This document shows positions 38,044 through 49,012 of a DNA stretch of 64,000 nucleotides, in pieces (the stretch's first letter is position 1; each line of letters starts with the position of its first letter). This DNA comes from Terriglobales bacterium (GTDB taxonomy: Bacteria; Acidobacteriota; Terriglobia; Terriglobales; Acidobacteriaceae), in NCBI GenBank assembly GCA_963823845.1, contig CAWGND010000008.1, positions 729,124-793,123 on the forward strand, written 5' to 3'. The notes beneath the pieces are model-generated. The model ran no database searches, had not been told where the DNA came from, and saw only the letters and a list, made by a program, of their open reading frames with translations. A program made the position numbers and the translations under genes.

Positions 38044-39399
38044 CTAGCGGTAGCTCCGCTGGTAGGTGCGCGTAATACGGTCGTGCCAGCCCATGTGGTC
38101 TTCATCAAAGAACGCCCACAGAAACCCCAGGCCCAGAGGCATGGCTGACAGGAGCAGTGCGCCGACGCGAAAGCGCATGGCTTTGCGCGTGGGATTTTCG
38201 TCGTCGAAGGTGCAGAGCGCGATCCTGGCATAGCGCATGCCAGGCGTCGCATCCAGATACGAAAAAAACAGCCACTCGTAGAGGACACTTAATCCGAATA
38301 AAACGCTTCCCGTCCCGGCTAGTGCCACCTTTCCTGTTGGAGGGTGCGCTGTGGAGGCGACGAAGACCAGTACAAAGAGCAAAAAGGCCGCTATCACCAA
38401 GGAGGCGTCCACAATGGCGGCCATCAGACGATCTCCGATCGAGGCTGTCTGCAGGGGCAGCTCGAAAACCGGCGCCAGAGCCCTGTGGTCTTCACTCGCA
38501 GCTTCTTCCGGCGCATAAAATTCTTCCCGCGGCTTGGCATCAAGGCGGATCGAATGCCACTCCGGCAGCACGGCATGGGACACCGGCTCTTTGGAAATCG
38601 TCTCCGGCTCAACCTCAAAGATGCGCAGCTGCGACCCGTCGGGTGCGGTCGCGTCCTCGCGCAGCGGCCCTTCGGCCAGTCGCGGACGAGCTTTGCGCGT
38701 GGCAATCAACTCGCGCGGAAACTCAATCAGCTTGGCGGGCAGTGGCTGCGCGGGAGTGACGGTCGCCTCTTCAAACGGATCGACTATTTCGGTGATTAAG
38801 GGACGGCGCGCTTCAGCAGCTCTTCCGATTCTGGCAGGCTCCAGCGCAACATGATCGACCGCTGTGAGCGTCGGAATCTCCTCATCCAGTTCCAAGCCCG
38901 CGAGAACAGCCTGCGTGGCGGCGTGCGCCTGAGCAGCGGCTTCCGCTGCCGCCTCGGCGGCACGTGTGGCAGCTGCCTGCGCCGCCAGCATTTCGCTGTA
39001 TGTCGGCGCTTTGGCGTAGCGCTCGGCAACACGTGCGGCCACGCTCGTCGCCGGCGACTCTTTCCGCCCCGCGTCGTTGTCAGCGCCGGAGTCGAAGCCG
39101 GGCAGCGAGGACTGGCCATCCGGCGTGCGCGTGCGGCGGGTGCGGTGCGCGGCCAAGCGGGCGTTGACTTCGTCTTTCCATGTAGCGTATGCGCTGTCGG
39201 CAGAATCTAATTGCAGGCTCGAGGTCGATGTGCTCAATGGAGTTCCCCGTATTTCTGTGGATGCTTGCCCGTCCTTGCCGGCGCGGGCGCATCCTGTCTG
39301 CTTTCCCAAATCTCTTCGAAAACCGGAGGCAGCGGAGACACGCACAGCCCGCCCGTTGGAAAATCTCCAACGCTGGCGAGCCATCGAGTTGTCATACAC
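38044..39399 (-). CDS. RDD-family membrane protein with a long Ala/Arg-rich N-terminal region
   Basis: 451 aa. The C-terminal RDD domain is DRLMAAIVDASLVIAAFLL...GMRYARIAL...FFDEDHMGWHDRITRTY. Confidence 0.8.
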   Translation of the reverse strand: MYDNSMARQRWRFSNGRAVRVSAASGFRRDLGKQTGCARAGKDGQASTEIRGTPLSTSTSSLQLDSADSAYATWKDEVNARLAAHRTRRTRTPDGQSSLPGFDSGADNDAGRKESPATSVAARVAERYAKAPTYSEMLAAQAAATRAAEAAAEAAAQAHAATQAVLAGLELDEEIPTLTAVDHVALEPARIGRAAEARRPLITEIVDPFEEATVTPAQPLPAKLIEFPRELIATRKARPRLAEGPLREDATAPDGSQLRIFEVEPETISKEPVSHAVLPEWHSIRLDAKPREEFYAPEEAASEDHRALAPVFELPLQTASIGDRLMAAIVDASLVIAAFLLFVLVFVASTAHPPTGKVALAGTGSVLFGLSVLYEWLFFSYLDATPGMRYARIALCTFDDENPTRKAMRFRVGALLLSAMPLGLGFLWAFFDEDHMGWHDRITRTYQRSYR

Positions 39400-39494
39400 C
39401 AGAGCAGCGGCGCTCTCTCTCGTAAGGCGGCTCCCAAAATTATGTGCTGGAGCTTTGCTATGCTGAGATTTCCACCCGGATATTGCCCCTCGTG

Positions 39495-41963
39495 ATGAGA
39501 GCCCGCATCTTTTTATGTATCACGCTGCTCTACCTCTGTCATCCGCAGCTTTGGCCGCAGGCAGTAACGAAGCAGTTTCCTCCAGCCGCAGGGGCGCCGA
39601 GGGCCAATGAGGAAGTGCTTCCCGACGATCCCAGCACATCCTCCGGAATCCCTGTAGCGAAGGTCATTCCCGCCCCGCCTACCGGCGTCCCAGTTGAGAT
39701 TCACGCTGATACGCAGCGCGAGCAGAACAACGTGTATACGCTGACCGGCAATGTGCTCATCTATTACCGGGACTACGCCGTGCAGGCAGACAGGGTCACT
39801 TACAACCGTGATACGGGCGAGGTAGTCGCTGAAGGGCACCTGATCGTCGACGGCAGCGCCGACAACGAGCACATCACGGCGGCGCACGGCGAAATGAATC
39901 TCGACCAGGACACGGCCCATTTCTACGATGTCGTCGGAACGCTCGGCGTCTCTGCCGGGCCGCACAACCGGATGGTTTTCACCTCGCCGAATCCCTTCGC
40001 CATCACCGGGCGCGAGGTGATCAAGCTCGGCACAGGCCGTTATCAGATCATTGACGGGAGCATGACCTCATGTCGCCTGCCGAAACCGGACTGGCGATTG
40101 CTCTCCAAGCAAATCAACCTCGCAAACGGAACGGCCAGCGCCCGCAACACCTGGTTCGAGTTGCTCAAGGTGCCATTGTTTTATCTGCCCTATGCCACAC
40201 ATCCGGTGAACGACGAAACTCGCACTCCCGGTTTCCTGCTGCCCATTGCAGGCAACAGCACGACCAAGGGTCTGATCCTGGGTGAAGAGATCTATTTTCC
40301 TTTCGCCCGAAACTCCGATCTCACCGTCGGCGCGGAATATTTTTCAAAGCGCGGCTTCTCACCTATGGGCATGTTTCGCTATCGCGGCTTTGGCGAGGAT
40401 TTCTTCAACGTGCGCTATCACGCTCTGTTCGATCGATTGCCGGGAACTGAAAATCAGGGAGGCACAGACCTGCTGGTCGATGGCCGACGCGATTGGGGCA
40501 TGCACACGCGCGCCGTCGTCGATGCCGAATATCTCAGCTCCTATGCCTACCGCCAGGCCTTTGAGGAGAGCTACGCACTTGCCATCAACTCTGAAGTCAA
40601 ATCGCAGATCTTCGGCGCACACGCACTCAACGGCTTCGCGGAAAACCTCCGGGTCGATCGCTACCAGAGCTTTCAGAACAGCACGACCAACGCTGAAATC
40701 CGCATCCTGCATTTGCCCGCGTTGCAACTCGAAGGCGAAGACCACTATCTCCAGGGAACACCCTTTATGTGGGGTGGAATCGCATCCGTTGCAGCCCTGT
40801 CTCGCTCCGAGCCTGCGACTGACCTGAATCTGACATCATTCAAAGTTCGTGGGGTCCCGCGCGTCGACTTCTACCCTCACCTTGCACTGCCATTTTCACT
40901 GGGGGGATGGACTTTTCGCCCAGAAATTGCCGTGCGCGATACGTTCTACGGCAAGAGCCAGAACCCGGCGTCGCTCGGAGTTGTCCCCAGCGAGCGCGAC
41001 GCCAGCGTGAACCGCAAGGACTTTGAAGCAGGCATCGATCTCCGTCCGCCCGCCGTGGAGCGCGACTTTACCGCGCCCTGGCTTGTGCGTCTGCTGGGCG
41101 GCGACGTGCGCCACGCCATCGAGCCGGACATCCAGTATCACTACGTCACGGGCATCGACAACTTCGACTCGATCCTGCGTTTCGATGACGTGGATATTGC
41201 CAGCGATACCAGCGAGTTCGACTATTCGCTGACGCAGCGCCTCTTCGTGCGCCATCTCCATCCGCACCCCTGCAAGGGCGACGAGGCGCTCGGCCCGGAC
41301 GATCTCTGCGGTGGCGGCACCGTCGACTGGATTTCCTGGCTGGTGAAGCAGAAATACTTCTTCAACACCAACTTCGGCGGAGCCATCACCCCCGGCACAC
41401 GCAATGTGCTGACCACAACGCTTGACCTGAGTGGTGTAGCCTTCCTCACCCGCCCGCGCACTTTCTCACCCGTGATTTCGCGCTTGGACATGCGGACTTC
41501 TTCCGCCACCAATGTGGAATGGGATCTGGACTATGACCCGCGATTGGGGCGCATCCTCTCAAGCAATGTGTATGCGGAGTACAAGAAGGGCGACTACGCC
41601 TTCTCGGTGGGCGATTTCCACCTCAATGCACCCGAGGCGCCACCAACACCTCAGCCGACGCAGACAACCGTCATCACCAATCCCATATCGAATTACAACC
41701 AGCTGCGCTTCTCCATCAACTATGGCGCTTCCACGAAGGCCGGGCTGAGCGCCGGTACCAGCATCGGCTACGATTTCTCTCAGAACCAGCTGCAATATGG
41801 CGCGGGACAGGCGGCCTATAACTGGAATTGCTGCGGATTAAGCTTCGAGGTACGCCGCTACTCGCTCGGTACTGTTCGCGATGACACGCAGTATCTCTAC
41901 AGCTTCACGCTGGCCGGCGTGGGCTCCGCCGGCAGCCTGCGCCGCGCGGCGCGGCTCTTCTAG
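39495..41963 (+). CDS. lptD: LPS-assembly outer-membrane protein LptD
   Basis: It has a signal peptide (MRARIFLCITLLYL...), an OstA-like N-terminal domain (IHADTQREQNNVYTLTGNVLIYYRDYAVQADRVTYNRDTGEVVAEGHLIVDG) and a large beta-barrel body. The listed ORF starts at 39444; I prefer the ATG at 39495. Confidence 0.88.
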   Translation: MRARIFLCITLLYLCHPQLWPQAVTKQFPPAAGAPRANEEVLPDDPSTSSGIPVAKVIPAPPTGVPVEIHADTQREQNNVYTLTGNVLIYYRDYAVQADRVTYNRDTGEVVAEGHLIVDGSADNEHITAAHGEMNLDQDTAHFYDVVGTLGVSAGPHNRMVFTSPNPFAITGREVIKLGTGRYQIIDGSMTSCRLPKPDWRLLSKQINLANGTASARNTWFELLKVPLFYLPYATHPVNDETRTPGFLLPIAGNSTTKGLILGEEIYFPFARNSDLTVGAEYFSKRGFSPMGMFRYRGFGEDFFNVRYHALFDRLPGTENQGGTDLLVDGRRDWGMHTRAVVDAEYLSSYAYRQAFEESYALAINSEVKSQIFGAHALNGFAENLRVDRYQSFQNSTTNAEIRILHLPALQLEGEDHYLQGTPFMWGGIASVAALSRSEPATDLNLTSFKVRGVPRVDFYPHLALPFSLGGWTFRPEIAVRDTFYGKSQNPASLGVVPSERDASVNRKDFEAGIDLRPPAVERDFTAPWLVRLLGGDVRHAIEPDIQYHYVTGIDNFDSILRFDDVDIASDTSEFDYSLTQRLFVRHLHPHPCKGDEALGPDDLCGGGTVDWISWLVKQKYFFNTNFGGAITPGTRNVLTTTLDLSGVAFLTRPRTFSPVISRLDMRTSSATNVEWDLDYDPRLGRILSSNVYAEYKKGDYAFSVGDFHLNAPEAPPTPQPTQTTVITNPISNYNQLRFSINYGASTKAGLSAGTSIGYDFSQNQLQYGAGQAAYNWNCCGLSFEVRRYSLGTVRDDTQYLYSFTLAGVGSAGSLRRAARLF

Positions 41964-42174
41964 GTGCGTGCCTGGAATGGACACGAAGGTACATTGGGAA
42001 AAGGTCTACGCCGCAAAGGCTCGAAAGCACGGAAACCCTGCACCGGCCACACCCTCCGGCTCCGGGCAGCCATTCTCGTACTGCCGCTTTCAGGTCTCCT
42101 GAAAAAGGCCGCCCCGGGCGACAGAATGAGATAATCAAGAGATAGATTTCTCCCACCGGAGAAAGGCGGTTTTC

Positions 42175-43128
42175 TTGTTTCTAACCCGGTTTTTTTTCGG
42201 CTGCCTGATTACACTTTTAGCAGCCGGGTGCAAGGCGCAGGACACCCCAATCAGCCCAAGAGTCGACCGACGCATCGAGATTCTCGTGCGCGCGCAGCTG
42301 AATGTTCCGCAGGATTGGACGGTTGACGTAGGCGCTCGCGGCAAAAGCGATATCTCTGGATTTGATACTGTGCCGATTACATTCACCTCGGCGTCGGATC
42401 CCACCAAAAAGCAGACGCTGAGTTTCCTCATCTCCAAGGACGGCAACACGCTCGCGCGCCTCTCGAAGTGGGACATCAGCAAAGACCCCTCCGAGGTTGT
42501 CTCCACCGACAGCCGGCCGGTGCGCGGCAATCCGCAGGCCAAGGTAAGCATCATTAACTTCGACGACCTTGAGTGCCCCTACTGCGCCCGCATGCACGCC
42601 CAGCTCTTTCCTGACACGCTTGATCGTTACAAGGACCAGATTAAGGTGGTCTACAAGGACTATCCGCTCATCGAGATTCATCCGTGGGCGTTGCGCGCTT
42701 CGATCGACGCCAACTGTCTCGCCGCACAAAACCCCACCGCATACTGGAATTACGTCGACTACCTGCATATGCATGGCGAAGACATAACCGGCCCGGAGCG
42801 CGATGCGTCAAAGTCTGCGGCGACGCTCGACAAGCTCGCGCGTGACGAAGGCCAGCGCAGCAAGCTCGATTCCGGCAAGCTCGATGCCTGCCTCGCCAAG
42901 CAGGATGAGTCCGCCGTGCGCGCATCCATCAAGGAGGGTGACGCACTCGGCGTCGATGGAACGCCGACACTATTCATCAATGGCGAGCGGCTGTCCGGAG
43001 CGCTTCCCGAATCGCAGGTCTGGCTGGCAATCGACCGCGCGCTGAAGGCCGAAGGCATCACGCCGCCTGCCCAGCCGCATCCGCTATCACAGCCCAGCAC
43101 CCCGGCAAAGAACCCGGGCGGGAGATAA
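42175..43128 (+). CDS. DsbA-family thioredoxin-fold lipoprotein
   Basis: 317 aa. It has a lipobox (LLAAGC), the CxxC motif FDDLECPYCARMH, and VDGTPTLFINGERL. Confidence 0.82.
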   Translation: MFLTRFFFGCLITLLAAGCKAQDTPISPRVDRRIEILVRAQLNVPQDWTVDVGARGKSDISGFDTVPITFTSASDPTKKQTLSFLISKDGNTLARLSKWDISKDPSEVVSTDSRPVRGNPQAKVSIINFDDLECPYCARMHAQLFPDTLDRYKDQIKVVYKDYPLIEIHPWALRASIDANCLAAQNPTAYWNYVDYLHMHGEDITGPERDASKSAATLDKLARDEGQRSKLDSGKLDACLAKQDESAVRASIKEGDALGVDGTPTLFINGERLSGALPESQVWLAIDRALKAEGITPPAQPHPLSQPSTPAKNPGGR

Positions 43129-43145
43129 GTGGCGGCTTTTCAACC

Positions 43146-44306
43146 ATGAACGCGAAGATTATTCTGAACGAACTGGAGAGCGCGACCGCCGCGCTCCCAA
43201 GGAGACAAGTGTTGCAACCTTTATTGAACGGCAGCTCCCTTTACCAGGCTTTGAAATTTCCCCACAAAATGGCTTTCATCGGAGTAGCTGCACTCTGTTT
43301 TGTCGGTATTGCCGGCTGCCGCCGCACCCACGGGCCGGACGTCGTGGCAACGGTCAACGGCAAGCCCATCATGCGTTCCGAAGTGGAGCAGCTTTACCAG
43401 AACAATCTCGGCGACTCGCAGCAGCAGCCCTCAAAAGAGCAGGCCGAAATCGTGCGCCTGAATGTGCTCCGCAATCTTATCGACGAAGAAATTCTGATGG
43501 AGCGTGCTGCGAAGCTGAACCTGGCGGCGACCGATGAAGATGTGGACAACCAGATCAACGAGCTCAAAGCGCCGTACACGCAGGAAGAATTCAATAAGCG
43601 TATGGCAGATAAGCATCTTACGCTCGACGACTTGAAGCGCCAGATTCGCCGCTCGAAGACCGAGGACAAGCTGCTCAACAAAGAGATCAACTCAAAGATC
43701 AATATCACCGACGGGGACATCTCTGCCTACTACAACGCGCACAAATCCGAGTTCAATCTGATTGAACCGATGTATCACCTCGCACAGATCATGGTGACTT
43801 CGATTCCGCTTTCGCCGCAGCAGCAGAGCGTCAACCTGCAGAACAGCAAGGCCACCACGGACGCAGAGGCGAAGAAGAAGATTGAAACGCTGCACAATCG
43901 CCTTGAGAGCGGCGAGGATTTCGGCCTGCTGGCGCAGAACTTCTCCGAGCGCCCTGACACGGCCTCGAATGGCGGAGACATGGGCTTCGTGCCCGAATCA
44001 CAGCTGCATGCGAGTCCCGATATCTACAACGCCATCGCTAAAGTTCAGCCGGGACAGATCACCGACATTATGCCCGTCTACGACAATCAGCATAGACCAG
44101 TCGGCTACGCCATCTTCAAACTCATCGATAAGCAGGCCGCGGGGCAACGCGAGTTGAATGACCCACGCGTGCAGCAGACCATTCGCGGCCAGTTGCGCGA
44201 TGCCCGATCGCAGCTGCTCAGGAATGCTTACCTTGAAATGCTGCGCGATGAGGCCCACGTGGAAAACTTCTTCGCGGAAGACATCTTCAAGAACGGCGCG
44301 CAGTAA
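43146..44306 (+). CDS. SurA/PpiD-like peptidyl-prolyl isomerase (PpiC-type rotamase domain)
   Basis: 386 aa. It has a SurA_N-like helical region, the rotamase motifs H.AQI.V and GGDMGFV, and sits immediately downstream of lptD and the DsbA-like gene. Confidence 0.8.
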   Translation: MNAKIILNELESATAALPRRQVLQPLLNGSSLYQALKFPHKMAFIGVAALCFVGIAGCRRTHGPDVVATVNGKPIMRSEVEQLYQNNLGDSQQQPSKEQAEIVRLNVLRNLIDEEILMERAAKLNLAATDEDVDNQINELKAPYTQEEFNKRMADKHLTLDDLKRQIRRSKTEDKLLNKEINSKINITDGDISAYYNAHKSEFNLIEPMYHLAQIMVTSIPLSPQQQSVNLQNSKATTDAEAKKKIETLHNRLESGEDFGLLAQNFSERPDTASNGGDMGFVPESQLHASPDIYNAIAKVQPGQITDIMPVYDNQHRPVGYAIFKLIDKQAAGQRELNDPRVQQTIRGQLRDARSQLLRNAYLEMLRDEAHVENFFAEDIFKNGAQ

Positions 44307-44335
44307 ACTATGTCTGACCGCTAGACAATGGCGAT

Positions 44336-44746
44336 ATGTCAGTTTCTCCCTTATCGGTAGGGCAGGCTTTTGTCCGGGCGATCAACGCGCATGATGTCCA
44401 TGCTGTCGCGGATTTGATGTCTGAAGACCATGTCTTCATCGACTCCCTGGGTGCGACCGTCCGCGGTAAAGAAACTATGCGCAAAGGATGGGAGGGCTAC
44501 TTCCGTATGGTTCCAAACTATACGCTGACGATCGAGGAAACCTGCTTATTGGAAGATGGAGTGGTCATGCTTGGTGTCGCGCATGGCACATATAGCCCGG
44601 ATGGTCACCTGTCTCTAGAAAATGATTGGAAGACACCCGCAGCTTTCAGGGCAGTGATTGAAGACGGCAAGGTGAAAGAATGGCGTGTTTATGCCGACAA
44701 TGAGCCGATCCGTCAGCTGATATCGAAAAACCGGGAGAAGCAATGA
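44336..44746 (+). CDS. SnoaL-like / NTF2-family protein
   Basis: 136 aa. Its size and motifs (FVRAINAHDVHAVADLMSEDHVFIDSLG) are typical of the SnoaL_2 fold. Confidence 0.6.
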   Translation: MSVSPLSVGQAFVRAINAHDVHAVADLMSEDHVFIDSLGATVRGKETMRKGWEGYFRMVPNYTLTIEETCLLEDGVVMLGVAHGTYSPDGHLSLENDWKTPAAFRAVIEDGKVKEWRVYADNEPIRQLISKNREKQ

Positions 44747-45726
44747 CTCGATACGGGATTCTCGGCTTCGGCCACCACGCCGGCAAACGCCTGATGCCCG
44801 CTTTTGCCGGAGGGCAGGTGACGGGCATGTGGCGTCGCGACCCTGCTAAGGCCCAGGCCGATGCGCGCGAATACCATATCCCTCATGTCTTTGACTCTGC
44901 CGAGGATCTTTGCGCCTCTCCGGATATTGACGCGGTCTTCATCGTCTCGCCCGATGCGCTGCACCCGCCGCATGTCCTGCTTGCGGCGCAGCACGGCAAG
45001 CATGTGCTTTGCGAGAAGCCGCTGGCGTTGAATGCCAGGGAAGTCGAAAAGATGCTGTTTGCGACGCGCGCGGCAGGCGTCGTCTTCGGAGTGGCGCAGA
45101 ACATGCGCTATAACGCCAGCGTGCAGCTCATCCATGAATGGATCGCCGAAGGCCGCATCGGCCAGCCGCTGCTTGCGCACTCGCAATTCTGTTACAACGC
45201 CGAGAAGAGTCCGCGTGCATGGATCTATGATCCATCGCTCGCCACGGGCGGTCCCATCGGCGACGTAGCCATCCATTGCCTCGATGGTTTGCGCTATGTG
45301 CTTGCCACGGACATCACCGAGGTCAGCACGCTGGCGCACAAGGATGCGCAATCTGGAGCGGTGGAATCGCACGCTGTCGTCAATATGGCGTTCGGCAACG
45401 GCGCGATGGGCGCGGTTACAGTGACTACGCGTGGCTCTTACCGCTCGCTCATCGAGATCACGGGCGAAACCGGTGTCATCCTCTGCGAAAATGGCCTCAC
45501 CGTTGATCATCCGGTCGATGTTGTTTTATATCGGCAAGACAAAGTCGCCGCGCACCAGCGCGTCTCGAACGGTAACGCCTACACCCGCATGATCGATGCA
45601 TTCTCCGCTGCGGTAGAGGGACGCGGCACATTTCTTGCGACAGGCGAAGACGGCCTGCACAATCAACGAGTGCTCGACGCGGCTTACAAAAGCTGGCATA
45701 CCGGTGCAAAGCAAATCGTGGAATAA
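44743..45726 (+). CDS. Gfo/Idh/MocA-family oxidoreductase
   Basis: 327 aa: YGILGFGHHAGKRLMPAF...AVFIVSPDALHPPHVLLAAQHGKHVLCEKPLA. Confidence 0.85.
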   Translation: MTRYGILGFGHHAGKRLMPAFAGGQVTGMWRRDPAKAQADAREYHIPHVFDSAEDLCASPDIDAVFIVSPDALHPPHVLLAAQHGKHVLCEKPLALNAREVEKMLFATRAAGVVFGVAQNMRYNASVQLIHEWIAEGRIGQPLLAHSQFCYNAEKSPRAWIYDPSLATGGPIGDVAIHCLDGLRYVLATDITEVSTLAHKDAQSGAVESHAVVNMAFGNGAMGAVTVTTRGSYRSLIEITGETGVILCENGLTVDHPVDVVLYRQDKVAAHQRVSNGNAYTRMIDAFSAAVEGRGTFLATGEDGLHNQRVLDAAYKSWHTGAKQIVE

Positions 45727-45837
45727 GAAGATCTAAATTGGCGAACCGCAGAAACTCTGCCCACAAGTCGTTCGACCGCCATTGGTCATTCGCACTTCTG
45801 GTTCGCAGCGTCATGGTCTGATCCAGCTAAAAAGAGC

Positions 45838-45869
45838 GAGGCTGAGCAAGAGATATCCCGCTCAGCCTC
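45838..45869. terminator. Bidirectional intrinsic terminator-like hairpin between convergent genes
   Basis: GAGGCTGAGC-(12 nt)-GCTCAGCCTC forms a perfect 10-bp stem. It is flanked by AAAAAGAGC on the left and TCTTTCC on the right. Confidence 0.65.
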
Positions 45870-45875
45870 TCTTTC

Positions 45876-48645
45876 CTAAAACGAGAAGCTGATCTGCCCC
45901 GTGATTGACCGCGGCGTGACATAGTGCGTGCCGCTGAAGGTTGAGAGAAAGTTATAGAGCGCGTACTTATCCGTCACGTTGATGGCTGTGACGCGCGCCC
46001 CCCATCTATATCGATCGCCACTAAATAAGTTGTCATCGCCGACCGCCATATCGAACAGGCTGCGGGGCTGGATGCGCGGCGGGTTTTTGTCGTCGTTCTC
46101 TGTGCCGGGAGCGGGAACCTTTACCAGGGTCGAGGTAAGGCCTGCAGCGTCGCACGAGGAGAATCCTGATTCCGGAGTGGCTCGCACGCCATCGCAAGCG
46201 AGCCCAGCCTGTGCCTGCTGGTCTGGCGTCAGACCGCTGAGATCGATTCCCGGCTGCCCGTTGGGCAGTGTGATCGAAGTCCCGCCGCAGCCACTGTTTG
46301 GATCAGTCACGTTGTAGCAAGGAACTGATCCGGCTACCAGTCCGCTGTCGTATCTCCAATTGAAGCTATACCAAGTGCTTTTCCGCCACGGTAATTGGTA
46401 TTGGATATGCGTCGTCTGGTTGTAGCGTTCGTCATGGTCAATGCGAAAGGGATAGCCGCTCTGGCCCACTGTCGCGCCGGCACCTGCACTCTGAGGCGGG
46501 AAGAATCGGGCCGAAACGGAGGACATGACGACGAAGGGCTGAAAGATTATGGAAGTTGGGAACATCGGCACGCAGCGCGTAACCAGGAATCTTCGAGTTG
46601 TGCCAGTCAATCGGGAAGGTGATCGGGGTATTGCCGAGCACGCTGAAGTCGAAGGCGTTGTGGGTGTACTTCCAGATGTAATCACCGCTCACGACCAGAA
46701 AGCGGCCGAACGCCTGCTGAAAGCCCGCATGAAACTCGTTGCGGTATCCCGGCTGCAAGATACCCGATACCCCGGGACTACAAAGAAGGAGCGGGGACAG
46801 GATTGCATTCCCACATCCTTGACTGGACAAGACAAGGTTTTCGTTAAATGGTGTTTCCAAAGTACGGGCATACGAGACGCGCAGCACCGTATTCGTCGGC
46901 TTAATGCTATACGCGATGCCCACGCGAGGCTCCGCCTGACGGACGACCGTCAAGCCGTTGTAGAGATCGCCGCGAATTCCAAGGTTGAAAAGCCAATTCC
47001 CGGCCTTGATCTGGTCCTCGATGTACAGGGCCAGTTCCTTCACGTCGGTATGGCCAAAGTAGTTGTAATTACCTCCGCCGCGAGTAAGGTCGTAGGGCAG
47101 CAAAAGAGAATTGAACGTGCCGCGATTGCCGTTGCCCTCAATCACCGATGGGTCGTTCGAATAGTATCCGTACGCGGCACACTGCGTGGGATCGGTAAAT
47201 CCAGGCACTGGAGTCGGATCTGTGGCGCTGGTAACGCAAGGCGAGTTGAAGGTCGGCGCAACGATACTCAGATTGTCGTGCTCACTGAGAAAGGTCTGCT
47301 CATAGACGGCGCCGGCTTTCATGGTGTGGATGCCTTTGTTATAGGTAAAGTCTGTGTGCAGCCCGGTATTGAAGAGCGTCCGATACTGGCCGATGGTCTG
47401 GTTCTGCAGGTTGGGCGGGCCAAGGTCGGCAAACGGATTGCCGCTGGGATCGTAGCTATAGAAATCTTTGCGGGCGTAGGCGCCGAGATTCCATACCGCG
47501 CTCTGATTCACGATGCGGGTATAGGTAGGCGCAATGTTAAAGGTCTGGATCTTTGACTTCTGGTCAGTATTGCCAACGTTGCCGAAGACAGGATTGGGTC
47601 GGGACCCGCCGCTGATCACGTTCATCACATTCAGATTGTCGTAAGCGTTCGGCGTCTGGAACCAGGAGCGGCTGTAGTTCAGACTCGTATGAATCGAGTC
47701 TGTCTGCGTGAACTGATAATCCACGCGGTCGAAGATATTCTGCTCGTTTCCTTTGTCGTGGAAGACCACAAACTCCGGAGGATCAAGGAATCGGCCGGTA
47801 TTCAGTCCGTCACCTTCGAAGAAATTTCCCCAATTCTCACCGCCGTAGCCGAGGTCAATTCCACCCGTCGCCGACCCGAAAGACCCATAGGATGACGTGA
47901 TGCTGCCGGTCGGTTTCGTGACACCCTGTCCTGACCGCGTGGTCACGTTGATGACGAGACTCGTCTTGCCGCCGTACTCTGCCGGCGGCGCGCCGGAGAT
48001 CACCTCAAGTGACTGAATTGAGTTCGATGGAATCTGGTTGGAGAAGACCTTGCTTTGTTGGTCGGTGATCGGCTGACCATCGACGGAAAATGAATTCGAG
48101 GCGTGATCACCAAGTCCGTGAAAGAGACCATTCGAGTCCGCAGCAACGCCAGGCGATGCGAGCGTCACCAGAGAGCTTACGGACGAAGACTCGCTCTCCA
48201 GCGGGAGTTTCTGAAAAAGACTTCTGTCTATGTCGGTGTGCAGGCTCGAATCGTTCTCGACCAGGTCTTCACCCGTAACGACCACTGTATTCGTCGCCTC
48301 GCCAACTGTCAGGACGACATTCGCGCTAACCGGTACAGCCGAGGCAACATCCACATCCTGCGCCGCACTGCTGAAGCCGCTCATCGTGACCGTCAGATGA
48401 TAGGGGTTGAAGGGAATGTTCGAGAACTGGAAGTGTCCTGCCTTGTCTGTCGTTGCTGTGCGCTCGTACTGGCTTACAGGGTTGTGGATGGAGACCGCGG
48501 CTCCGGGGACAACAGCGCCTGACGGGTCAGTAACCGTGCCGGTGACCGTACCCGAGCTTGACTGCCCAAAAAGCGCGGCAGAGAAAAACGTAATGCCGCA
48601 AATCGAAAGAAAAGCGGAAACGATGCCACGTGAAAACGTGCGCAT
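45876..48645 (-). pseudogene. TonB-dependent receptor with an N-terminal CarboxypepD_reg domain, split by a 1-nt frameshift (or a sequencing error)
   Basis: ORFs 46438-48645 and 45876-46685 overlap in different frames. The N-terminus is GTVTGTVTDPSGAVVPGAAVSI...DKAGHFQFSNIPFNPYHLTV. The frame switches at the GGG run 46536-46538 (...ADVPNFHNLSA / FVVMSSVSARFFPP...FRIDHDERYNQTTHIQYQ). The protein ends in the barrel-terminal ...GQISFSF. Confidence 0.85.
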
Positions 48646-48694
48646 AAAGAGACCTCCGGGAAATCCTGTTGTATGGCCCTAATCGAAAGCAGAA

Positions 48695-49012
48695 TTAGGC
48701 TGCGATCTGGGACACAGGCGGAGGCCGATTAGCGAGTTTGTGAAGGAATCTTTGGCGAGGCCGCTCGATCGTTTTTTGCGGAACGATTCGCCATACGGGC
48801 TGGATCGAGATGGCTACGCTGACCAGCGCAACCGTCTGCACCACATGGTGCGCCGTGTTGCAAAGCGAGCAGCCCTCGTGATCTACCTGCCCGGTGGGAT
48901 GCGTGTGCGCGACCTGAACAAATCCGGCCAGCAGGACAAGCGCAACGCAGAAGATCCCGAGCCACCCGGCCCAGGTTCCCTGAAAACGCTTTTTGTCCAT
49001 AAAAACACGCAT
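48695..49012 (-). CDS. Small membrane-anchored His/Cys-rich protein upstream of the TonB-dependent receptor (DUF2946-like, from memory)
   Basis: 105 aa. One TM segment (WLGIFCVALVLLAGFV) is followed by HTHPTGQVDHEGCSLCNTAHH. It lies 49 nt upstream of, and co-oriented with, the receptor gene. Confidence 0.55.
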   Translation of the reverse strand: MRVFMDKKRFQGTWAGWLGIFCVALVLLAGFVQVAHTHPTGQVDHEGCSLCNTAHHVVQTVALVSVAISIQPVWRIVPQKTIERPRQRFLHKLANRPPPVSQIAA

